Positions 54,855 to 64,000 of a DNA stretch of 64,000 nt are shown here, one piece after another. Origin of the DNA: Anthoceros angustus (lineage: Eukaryota; Plantae; Anthocerotophyta); assembly GCA_010909165.1 (NCBI GenBank), contig VJWM01000151.1, positions 62,001-126,000 on the forward strand, written 5' to 3'. Within the stretch, counting starts at the first letter, position 1. Each line of letters opens with the position of its first letter. The translations under genes and the position numbers were made by a program. The notes beneath the pieces were generated by a model. That model was not told the DNA's origin and ran no database searches. It saw only the letters and a list, made by a program, of their open reading frames with translations.

Positions 54855-55552
54855 GTTTTACAACGCATTTTACAACGTAATTTACAACCTCACGTTGTAA
54901 AGTGGGTCTATTTACAACCTCACGTTGTAAGCGGCGGCTTAACTAGGTTGTAAAATGCCGACGTGGCGGCAAGGTTGCCACGCCGTCAGTTGCCGACGTG
55001 GCCGCCACGTCACCTAACCGGACGGGTAAGGTGTCCGCAGCCGCTTTTACAACGCCATTTACAACGCTCGCCTGCTTACAACCTAAATGACAACGCCATT
55101 TACAACGTGGTTGCCTTGTAATCTAGGTTGTAAAATAGGTTGTTATTAGGAGGTTGTAGTCTGACAGCTTAACTAGGTTGTAAAGTGGGTCTATTTACAA
55201 CGTATTTTACAATATACGTTACAACCTCATTTACAACCTTCAAACACCCTTACTTTACAACGTCATTTACAACGTCATTTACAACGTCGTTTACAACGTC
55301 GTTTACAACGTCGTTTGCAACGTGGTTTACAACGTGGTTTACAAGGTCGTTTACAACTTGATTTGCAACCTCATTTGCAACCTCATTTACAACCTCATTT
55401 ACAACCTCATTTACAACCTCATTTACAACCTCATTTACAACCTCATTTACAACCTCATTTACAACCTGAAAAATTCACGAATCGCTAGTTTTACAACAGA
55501 ACCTACAAGGTAGATTACAACTTGGAAAATTCACGTCTCAATGATTTACAAC
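54855..55552. repeat. CACTA subterminal repeat region, including ~18 tandem 12-mers TTT(A/G)CAAC(G/C)TC(A/G) at 55254-55467
   Basis: Read directly: TTTACAACGTCA, TTTACAACGTCG, TTTACAACGTGG, TTTACAACCTCA in tandem. Inverted copies GTTGTAA occur at ~54894, 54924, 54947, 55127 and 55177. Confidence 0.92.
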
Positions 55553-56153
55553 GTTGTTTATACATTAAAATATATCGTATTCTACAAAATAGTATACATC
55601 TCTTTTCATACATACGGATGGACATAAGGTATACTATATGGTATCATATACGAAGATCAAATTATACATGTATATCATACAATACGACTCTTTATACAAT
55701 ATATGATAATATTGACAAAATAATTATTGAATTAAATAAATAGGTATCTAATTAAGATTATAAATCTATGAATTTAATAATGTAATTACATTATATCCAT
55801 TCCATTTAAATCCTAATTTTTGGGCAGTATATATACATATTATTTTAACTAAATTTGGCCCTAATTAGGGACCAGATTTACATAAAATAATGCATACATA
55901 ATATCTTAAAATTAGGATAAATGAAGGCAATATATATTGTAACATAATCCGCCGACGCCTTGTAAGTTCGCGATCTTTACAAGGCGGTAATCAGAATGCG
56001 CTTGCACTTGAAGGTTGTGATGATCCTCCTACTAGATATTCTCCTGGATTTGAAGGCCATCATATGTGGTCAACAACATGCATGTGAAGAGGAATATAAG
56101 ATGCAAGTCAAAATCCAATAGAGCCAAAGCGAGATTAGCTTACATGACACCGG

Positions 56154-56306
56154 ACTTGACACACCACAAGCAGCCCCACCAAAATGGTAAAGAACTTGAC
56201 ACACCACAAGCAGCCCCACCAAAATGGTAAACAACTTGATGCACCACAAGCAGAAATGGTAAAGAACTTGACACACCACAAGCAGCCCCATGAAAATGGT
56301 AAAGAA
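56154..56306. repeat. 40-bp minisatellite, ~4 copies (one shortened)
   Basis: ACTTGACACACCACAAGCAGCCCCACCAAAATGGTAAAGA repeated without spacers. Confidence 0.92.
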
Positions 56307-56757
56307 AAGTCGGGTCTAGAGCACACCTTCCACCAAAATGTGTGCCCCAAAGCCTTAGCTAGATTCCTCAACCTTCTCCAAGAGCAAAATCCTTGATCCA
56401 TTATTACAAAGTTGCAAAATTTCAAGCCAAACGAGCACACGGCCTTAGCGGAGGTATATAGATACTTGATAGCATCACAATCACTCTGGGACAAACATTT
56501 CACAGTCCAGCAGTCCTCTTTCAACAATCATTGAGTGCATCCAGTTGCAAAAGCAAAGTCTCCATCGCAGGCATCATCCAGCCCATCCCTACACCAATGC
56601 TCACACACAGTACTCATCGCTTCTAAATTCAGGCAGCAAGAGCAGGACAGGCACTGAGGCCCTCTCAACAATAGCCTAAGTGCCTTGCGCTTCTATCTCT
56701 TCACGCCCCTGAATTACACCCGGCTATGTTGCCATCGGAGCATAACAAAAATTGCAG

Positions 56758-56826
56758 AGCATCAGCACCATAGAATTGCAGCATCGGCACCATAGAATTG
56801 CGAGCATCGGCACCATAGAATTGCAG
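56758..56826. repeat. 21-22-bp minisatellite, 3 copies
   Basis: AGCATC(A/G)GCACCATAGAATTGC x3. Confidence 0.92.
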
Positions 56827-57545
56827 GCGTAACAAGAGCCAAAGGAAATAAAAGCGATGGAGGTACGGTGGGCACCTTGGCGCAATGGGAGTAGAATCTT
56901 GGTGAACTTCTCGGCATACGGAGATGGGAGTCCCAGTCGGTCGATCTTGACGGCGTCTGCACAATCTCGCTATCTCGTCCCACAACGAAGGAGAGATACG
57001 ATAAATTCACGTGAATTGAGCATCCGGATACCATTACATGCCAAGCAACCCCTAAAACTTCACATGCCAATTCTATCCATGAACTTGCCTACCAAGCGGT
57101 CCCGACAACTACCTCATCCACATCCTCGTTCAACAATCGATTAGTGCGGTAAAACACCTAGGCCCGGCGTGCGTCCTCCAGTTCATCACAGACACATACA
57201 TGTCTAGCAGGTAGGTCCTGACCACTCAACATCCAGCAATCCTCTTTCAACAATCAGCTGAATCAACTGTCAAAACCTTAGGCTTGGCGTGCATCCTCCA
57301 ATTCACTACATACACATATGTGTGTAAGTATTGTAGGCAAGTTTGAGGACCCTTTCATCGGCTAGATCCACCAGTCTAGTCCTTAGGTGTTTTTTGAGGC
57401 ATAGGATCGCATTTTACAACATAACGCCTTGTTAGATTCCCACTATTTTCGAAGCAGGAGCATCATGGCACTTGAAGGCCGTGATGCTGTGCTAAAAGAC
57501 ATGCTCCTGGACTTGAAGCGTGCTTCAGCAGCAGGATGTATGTTG

Positions 57546-57620
57546 ATGCACGAGGAAAAGAAGGTTCAATTCGTTTTCATGCACGAGGAAAAGAAGGTTC
57601 AATTGTTTTCATAGCACGAG
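57546..57620. repeat. 33-bp tandem duplication
   Basis: ATGCACGAGGAAAAGAAGGTTCAATT(C)GTTTTC x2. Confidence 0.9.
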
Positions 57621-57741
57621 CATCACGGCACTCTAAGGCCGTGATGCTCCGCTAGAACATGCTCCGGACGTGAAGGCCATTATACATGCAGTTCATGAGC
57701 GGAAGGATGAATGTTGAGCCTATCAAGAGGAATATAAGATT

Positions 57742-58278
57742 CAAGTCACAAACCCAACCCAACAACGCACACAACCATCGGTAATTAGCTTACCCAAGCT
57801 CTTTCATGCCGTGGATTTCACCAATGCCTCTCAACCCGCAGAGCATTCTTGATCGACAAATCAAGACTATCCAATATCCTTAAACACGCAGATACATCAG
57901 TTAGTGGACAAGTCACAAACCCAACCCAACATTGCATGCAACCACAAGCTGCGAAATTAGCATACCCCAAGCTCTATCGTGGCGAGGATTTCACCTGTGC
58001 TTCTGTCAACTCCGAAGGAGCATTCTTGGACAGCTCTACTGAAGACCATCCAATATCCTTGAACACACAAACACATCAGTTACTGGACAAGTCACAAACC
58101 CAACCTAACATGGCACGCAGCTACCAGCTGTGGAATTAGCTCACCCCAAGCTCTTTCATGCCGCGGATTTCACGAGTGCTTTCGTCTTCCGTCAACCCCG
58201 AGAGAGCATTCTTGGACAGCTACACCGGAGTCCATTCAATATCCTTGAACACAGAGACACATACAGCAGTTAGTGGAC
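57742..58278. repeat. Diverged ~170-190-bp tandem repeat, 3 copies
   Basis: Units start CAAGTCACAAACCCAACC at 57742, 57909 and 58088 and share CCCAAGCTCT, GGATTTCAC, GAGCATTCTTG, CAATATCCTT and CAGTTA(G/C)TGGA. Confidence 0.9.
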
Positions 58279-58568
58279 TGTGTGCTCACTAGTGGCAACA
58301 AGCAAATCAAACAGCATTCGCTGCAATACCTTAAAACTGAGGAAGATGCCATGATGACAGCCAACGTGCTCTCCTGATGGAACCCTCACACACACATGGA
58401 TTAACACGATAAACACTTCAAAACTTTGCAGCAACATTTACTTCCATCGGCGTTATCCGGGAACCAGCTGACCGAGGTACAAGTGTTTTCAAGGGACTGT
58501 CTTTCAAAATTCACATCTACACTCCAACTCTAGTTGCAAGTCAACAAACAAACACCTACACTCCACAT

Positions 58569-60980
58569 CTATTGGGCCTTCTTAGAAAATTTCCCCGTTG
58601 TCTTCTTCTTGGAAGTCCCCTCGCCGTCTGCTGCCTTCCGCTTTTTGTTCACACTCCCCCTTGTGGATCTGGACTTCAAGATTGCAGCATTGCGGAGCTC
58701 GTCACTGTAGTTGAACCCCAGCTTCACACAAAGACGTTGTGCTTCCAACTCTTGGGCCAAACTCCTTTCCGAATTATCCAAGATCGCAAAAAACTTCTCC
58801 CGCATCTTAGCAGGAGAAATTTCAATGACTTCCTTTGGGGCCTCTTCAATCACAATATGGGCCTTGCCCTCCACAGCCTATGTCTTTTCGAGTCTTGCCC
58901 TTCGCAGCAGCCGTGTCTTTTCGAGTCTTGTCTTCTGACCTTGACTTTGCAGAGTCTTGTCTTTTACAACCTTGTCATTCGCCTCCTGTGGGTACTCGGT
59001 GGAGCTGGCTCACCTCTACATCTTGGGATCAAACAATCTATGAACCAGCCATCTTCATCCACATCCTTTCGCTTAATGGCATCTATCACAATATCGTGAT
59101 CCAACACATGTCTGAGTCGATTGCCACTCAAAGCATACTAGAAAAATTCTTAGTACGAAAACTTCTTGTCAATTCGTTGCCACCGTATCCACCTCCAACA
59201 GTGCATACATAACTTTGGCTGAAATCTTCTTCCCTCCCACACTAGCGAAAACAGGCTCCAACGGAACTAACTTGGGCTCTGGATAAGGGACCTGCTCACG
59301 ATCCCAGAAAGCTTCCAACTTAGCAACCCACTCTCCAGATTTTGATGCCACTGCAACTTTCTCCTCCTTTTTTGGCTATCTCCCATACCTCAAAAGAAAA
59401 CGTCTGTTAAAACCAGGCTGTCCTCCATTTCCAAAGTGTGCATAGGGCTTGGCATTTGGATTGTTCTTCCTTTCCATGGCAATGCGTTTTTGGAGAGACA
59501 TCTCTTGCTGGGACTTCACTCTTTCCTCCACCAAAATTTCATTACAATGGTCAGGTGTGATATCATGGGGCTTGTACTTCATAGAATACTCACCAGAAAG
59601 GAACAAACGGGCACACCTTGCAAGATTGTACTTCCAATTCTTGATCATATTGGAGAAGAGCTGATCACACACATGAGCCATTGTCCAGCAGCCACCAACA
59701 TCTCTGCGGATTGTTGTCTCGGTCATGTACTGAACCTCAAGCTTCTCCCTCCAAAAGTTACCTATTAGGGCGACAAAAAATGTCGCATTGCCCATCGACA
59801 CCGGAATTGCATTACTTGATAGCTCAGAGTATCCTCCTTGATCCAACCTACGAGAACAAAACCATGGAAGCAATTAGTGGTGAGAACTAACAGAACATGC
59901 AAGCACAATGAGTGTGAGAAGCGTAAGAACACGAAGCCCAGATCTGAATGTACACCGAGCTTGTACAGGGCCGTAAATGAGCGTGGTACAGGCCCGTATC
60001 AAGCTCGTTGAATGAGCCCGCGAGCCGGTAGATCCAAGACACCACAACACAAATAACTTGCAAGAGAACCAACAATTGCACAACCAATTTACACTGTACA
60101 GTTAGAGCAGCCCATCTACAGAGTGGCAGTCCAAAATTCGATCACACATCAAGTATATCAAGCACATAGAGGATCCTTCATGCACCGACCTGTTCCTGGG
60201 TAGATGTCTGATTCAGGGATGATGTGAACCTTTCCCTTCCCCTTTGCTCGACGTAGTTTTTCATATGCCTCCGTAGTCATGCCCGGCAGCTCCTCCTCTT
60301 CAAGGTTCGAAGAGACATGTTTTCTTGGCGACCCTCGTACAGGTGCTTTTGGAGCCGGAGGTGAAGCTATGGAATGTTGAGATGTAGAGGCATAGGTGGG
60401 AGAACTAGGGAGAGGTGCGGGGTGGGAGAAGGGTGGGTGTGGAAGAAGTGGCGGGGTGGGAGGGGCGGAGTGGGAGAAGGAGCTGGGGTGGGTAAAGGAA
60501 CAGCATCTGCGATGGGAGGAGGCACAGGGTCTGGGTTGGGAGAGGGGCTGGGAAGGGGCGTTTGAGATGCAAATTGGGGCCCCGATCCTTTACTTTTCAC
60601 CCCTTTTCGGGCAGCCAGCATCTGCTTGAGCAGATCCGAAGTGTGGACATGGCGATTCTTCAGCCCACCGTGGCCAACAGTCCCCTTTGCCACGGATAGA
60701 TTAGACCCAAGCTCGCTCCCGGTCGCTCCATGCACAAGCTTGGGATCCACCACTGCTGCATGTGCCACAAGAGGATCGGATCGGCACGCAAGCACGGGCT
60801 TTTCCAGTCGCGGCGCGCATCAAGATCCACAAGCTCCTCAACTCCAACACACCGAGAGTAGTGACAACCGCATCCTCCACAAGGCGAGGAGCGATAAGCA
60901 CATCGTCCCATGGAGGAGGAGTGACAAGCACCTCCTCGAGCTCAAGCTCCTCATTGTCTGCGAGGGGCACATCCTTCACC
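58569..60980 (-). pseudogene. Decayed spliced CACTA ORF2 / TnpA-like (Ptta/En/Spm, Transposase_24-like) gene
   Basis: Pro-rich N-terminal part (60367-60795), then PAPKAPVRGSPRK...AKGKGKVHIIPESDIYPGT. A GT-AG intron at 60189-59848 (ACAG|GTCGGT ... TTGTTCTCGTAG|GTTGG) joins in frame to GWIKEDTLSYQVMQFRCRWAMRHFLSP. After a frameshift comes ...MIKNWKYNLARCAR...KPHDITPDHCNEILVEERVKSQQEMSLQKRIAMERKNNPNAKPYAHFGNGGQPGF, resembling the W/K..L ... P..i..d.W..lv ... S..nk.nR ... H..G..g pattern of this family. Ends in a basic, NLS-like C-terminus (NKKRKAADGEGTSKKKT). In-frame stops are present; the 5' limit is uncertain. Confidence 0.65.
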
Positions 60981-60989
60981 GGTATCATG

Positions 60990-61920
60990 CCTATAGGCAT
61001 GATACCTTTTCACCCGCCACCCGTTCACACGAGTGGGCAACAGTTCACCATCCAACTGCCGAAGTTGAACGGACCCATTGGCGTATACCTGTACCACCTA
61101 GTAAGGTCCCATCCATCGCAAGTGGAGTTTACTTGGGAAATGCATATGGCGGCTGTCATAAAGAAGGGCTAAATCCCCCTCCTTCACATACTCTTGGGTC
61201 CGGAGCCTTTTGTCGTGCCACAACTTGCGCTGATTCTGTACCAGTTGCATTCTCTGCTGCGCCTCTTCTCGACCCTCCGTATGCTGAACAAACCCTAGCA
61301 AGCGTTCGAGTTGGCTCTCCTCATCCGTTAAGCGTCTCTCCATCATGGCGGAGTGTTGGCACCTCAAACTCTCACAGCATAGCAGGCGAGTGCCCATAGG
61401 CTAGGTAATACTGAGTTCTCTGTAGTTACCTTCTCTGCCGTCGAAGGCCCATAGCGTGATGGTAGCTTTGTATCGATCGTGCGCATAATTGACCGTGGTA
61501 GGGGATCACGGCCGGGATGACCCGTTGGACTTCTCCGTCAATCCGTTGGCCTTTGGGTTATAGGGGCCGTTTTGCGATAATGATGCCAAAATAGTCCGTC
61601 ATTACTATCACATCATTGAAATAAGGTTTTCATAACACCGTACAGCGGACAATACTTGTGATGATGTTTTCAGAGGAATTTGGCCACCATGCTTGCTAAG
61701 TCCGTCCTAGTTGCTACCGCCTCCACCCACCTGGTGCAGTAGTCCGTTGCCACCAAGATGTACCGCTTTGTGTGTGCCTGGGTGGGGTAGGGCATAGGCC
61801 AGCCAATCGTCACTTCTCAAAAGGCGCTAGTGCCAGTATGGGCACCAACGGCCATTGTGTTGTGGGAGTCGGCTTCCCGATCCGCTGACAAGCATCACAT
61901 CTCTTCACAAATTGGTGTGT
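60990..61920 (-). pseudogene. Ty3/gypsy integrase remnant, non-chromoviral (Athila/Tat-like)
   Basis: Minus-strand translation across frameshifts: HQFVKRCDACQRIGKP...PLVPILALAPFEK (C-x2-C half of HHCC), KRYILVATDYCTRWVEAVAT, YNPKANGLTEKSN (core, catalytic E region), KLWHDKRLRTQEYVKEGDLALLYDSRHMHFPSKLHLRWMGPY*VVQVYANGSVQLRQLDGELLPTRVNGWRVKRY (GPY/F module). No chromodomain. Truncated upstream of the cysteines. Confidence 0.93.
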
Positions 61921-63479
61921 AAAGAGTAAAAAAAAGTAAACATACATATGTGAAAAATCTGGACAAATAAAAAGAAGAACGTGGAGACTTTATAAATATG
62001 CAAGAGATAGGAAGTCCCCATCTACACCCGGGCGATGGAACAACCCTCTAGAGGCCCCAAGCGCCAAAGGGGACTAGCCCCCCATTGTCAACCCCGATTC
62101 AAAGAGACAAATAAGCAATGAAAGAAACAGCAAGATATTGTTTCTTTCACAACTACATTGTCCGTGGACTGAAAGAGATTTCTTTTTCAAGAATCGCTAT
62201 TTAATTTATCTATGTTCTAAGATTCGGTTTTTGTAACCAGATTCTAATATACTTATTTAGACTTTTAATCGAGTACATCATTTTTAGATGATAAACAAAC
62301 ATGACAAATTTTGAAGACCCCAAAATGGAAGTTGGTCTTTTTTATGCTTAATGTCCACCTGAGGTCAAGAAGTTAAACTTTTGATTGACAATTTCATCTT
62401 GAAACACAATTCTCCATTCATTGTAGATTATTGTAGCAGACAAGGTAATGTATACAACTCCCATCACCTTTTCCGCCTTCTCAATTTCTCAAGTGTACAA
62501 AAAAATGTACATATATAAAGTCCCCAATTCAAATCACTTCCATTGACCAGGGGCGGAACAAACATGCAGATAAGCTTTGTATCATGAGCTTCTCGTGATC
62601 CTAAGGATGCAGCAATCATTGTGAAAGGTAGGTCTCTTCTTACATGAGCCGTTACAGTTTGACCTTTGAAATGGTGCACAAATTTCCTTTTCTTTGGTCT
62701 GGTGCAACGTTGTGATCTGGATCATGTGCTGATACTTGGAGGTGGACTTGCAGAGAAGGTGCGTATAAGTAGGAAGCCGAAGGGGTGGAGGCCAGGGCCA
62801 GGAGGTGAATCTAAGTACGATGACTCGAAGTCTGAGTATGATGCTCAAAGCGTAGAGGTTGATCGGGACCAGGATTTTTGTCCAAATTTCAAAAGAAACT
62901 GACCTAAGCAACCAAAGCTTTATTAGTATGCATGTACGGCCTTGCTGGAAAGAAAACGAGTATCACCACATCCTCCATAATGCTGTTTTACTGAAGGGCG
63001 ATGATACACATGTCCCTTGTATCAAGCGGATCCTCATAATCGTATTGTAGCAAATGTTGATTGCGCCTATGGCCACACTCTTTGTGGAGGATCGATAATT
63101 CGCTTTCTATGTGAATAAAGTAAAACATATGTGCAAAAAAAAAGACAAAAAAATAAAATAAGGAAGATCTGTTTTTTAGAAAAGGAAATCGAATATTTGG
63201 TAAATATTCCTACTGAGGAAGAAATGGAAGAAATAATCCGAGAGTTGGAAAATACTCCCAGAGTTGGATGACAACACGTTGAAACTCAGATGTGACTTGT
63301 AGAGAGAACCCATATTGAGTGATTTGAAGGACAACACGTGAAAGGAATTTGACAGGTGCGTTTTACTCTACGTATTTGAATAGCGCAAACTGGAAGACAT
63401 TCGTCATTCTATGAAGTCAAAACTAAAATCGTTCAACTTCTAAGGCCTCTTGAAATGGAGGTTGGCGGCCTTTTTACTC

Positions 63480-63774
63480 ATGAGGAAAAGAATATCCTTC
63501 CTCAAGAAGAAAATGAATATCAATGTAGATATATGTATTCAAGAAAAACAAATATTTGTACGACGACATTCTTCCAAAAGAAGAGGACAAATATAAGGAG
63601 GATATTATTTCTACTCAAGAAGTAAACCAATATGCCGAGCAAAATTTTACGCATCTTGAATCTAGATACGTTTTTTCTGAAGAAAGAAGAGAATATGAGT
63701 ATGAAGACATTCTTACAAAAGAAGTAAATCAATACGAGAAGACATTCTTACAAATCACGATCACGACATTGTGA
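63480..63774 (+). other. Degenerate acidic peptide-repeat, coding-like segment of unknown origin
   Basis: Related units NILPQEENEY / DILPKEEDKY / DIISTQEVNQY / DILTKEVNQY. No family recognised. Confidence 0.3.
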
Positions 63775-63823
63775 ATGTGGGCCCAAGGGTCTTCAGCCTT
63801 ATTTTGACGACTTTATTAACTTA

Positions 63824-63960
63824 GGAAATAGTTAGCTATATTGGGAAATAGCTAACTATATTGGGAAATAGCTAGTTATATTGGGAAATAGATAGCTATA
63901 TTGGAAAAAAAAACTAGCTGTATTAAGAAATAACTAGTTATATTATGAAATAGCTGCTAT
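63824..63960. repeat. 20-bp minisatellite, ~6-7 copies degenerating rightwards
   Basis: GGAAATAG(T/C/A)TA(G/A)(C/T)TATATTG x4, then degenerate copies. Confidence 0.9.
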
Positions 63961-64000
63961 TATAATACCTTCTAAGTTAGGCAGTGCACTTGCCTGGGCC

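Larger units (their letters stand above)
54836..60980 (-). mobile_element. CACTA (En/Spm) DNA transposon: one terminus plus the TnpA-like gene; other end not found, right boundary approximate
   Basis: CACTACAAGAA at 54836, preceded by TAG (candidate 3-bp TSD). Dense subterminal TTTACAAC/GTTGTAAA motifs in both orientations, internal minisatellites and a Ptta/En/Spm-like coding region. No TTCTTGTAGTG counterpart or TnpD seen in the window. Confidence 0.8.

Noticed and set aside
55322-55513. ORF MVYNVVYKVVYNLICNLIYNLIYN...
   Set aside because: It is simply the translation of the 12-bp subterminal repeat.
56154-56306. 40-bp repeats as a CRISPR array
   Set aside because: The copies are contiguous with no unique spacers, there are no cas genes, and the context is eukaryotic TEs.
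58572-61399. Plus-strand ORFs 58572-59099, 60626-61399 and 60762-61172
   Set aside because: They are antisense shadows of the TnpA-like and integrase remnants.

Overview
This window looks like repeat-rich eukaryotic DNA, most likely land-plant heterochromatin (inferred from the CACTA and Ty3/gypsy remnants). No intact host gene is recognisable. (1) 1-49834 is a head-to-tail array of an AT-rich ~3.9 kb unit: 14 copies of the landmark AAGAAATGGCTGCTCAA plus a leading partial copy, all in one orientation. Many copies are deleted, duplicated or mosaic at short microhomologies. By comparing copies, a frameshifted ~540-codon orphan ORF built from internal repeats can be reconstructed in the unit. 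(2) 49835-54795 is a GC-rich 4,961 bp block bounded by TGTGG...CCACA, with a minus-strand polypurine tract next to it. It is probably one very large 3' LTR containing a decayed, repetitive minus-strand ORF. (3) From 54836 there is a CACTA (En/Spm) terminus with a 12-bp subterminal motif array, several minisatellites and a decayed, spliced Ptta/En/Spm (TnpA-like) gene on the minus strand. (4) That gene abuts, through a perfect 26-bp palindrome, a decayed non-chromoviral gypsy integrase (~60990-61920, minus). (5) 61921-64000 is unassigned degenerate sequence ending in a 20-bp minisatellite. Two candidates for novelty stand out: a collinear minus-strand chimera (integrase - TnpA - CACTA end - PPT - giant LTR) and the amplified orphan-ORF macrosatellite. 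Caveat: differences between array copies cluster at homopolymers and CG-rich sites, so many frameshifts and mosaic junctions may be long-read consensus or assembly artefacts. All family calls are by eye, with no database search.
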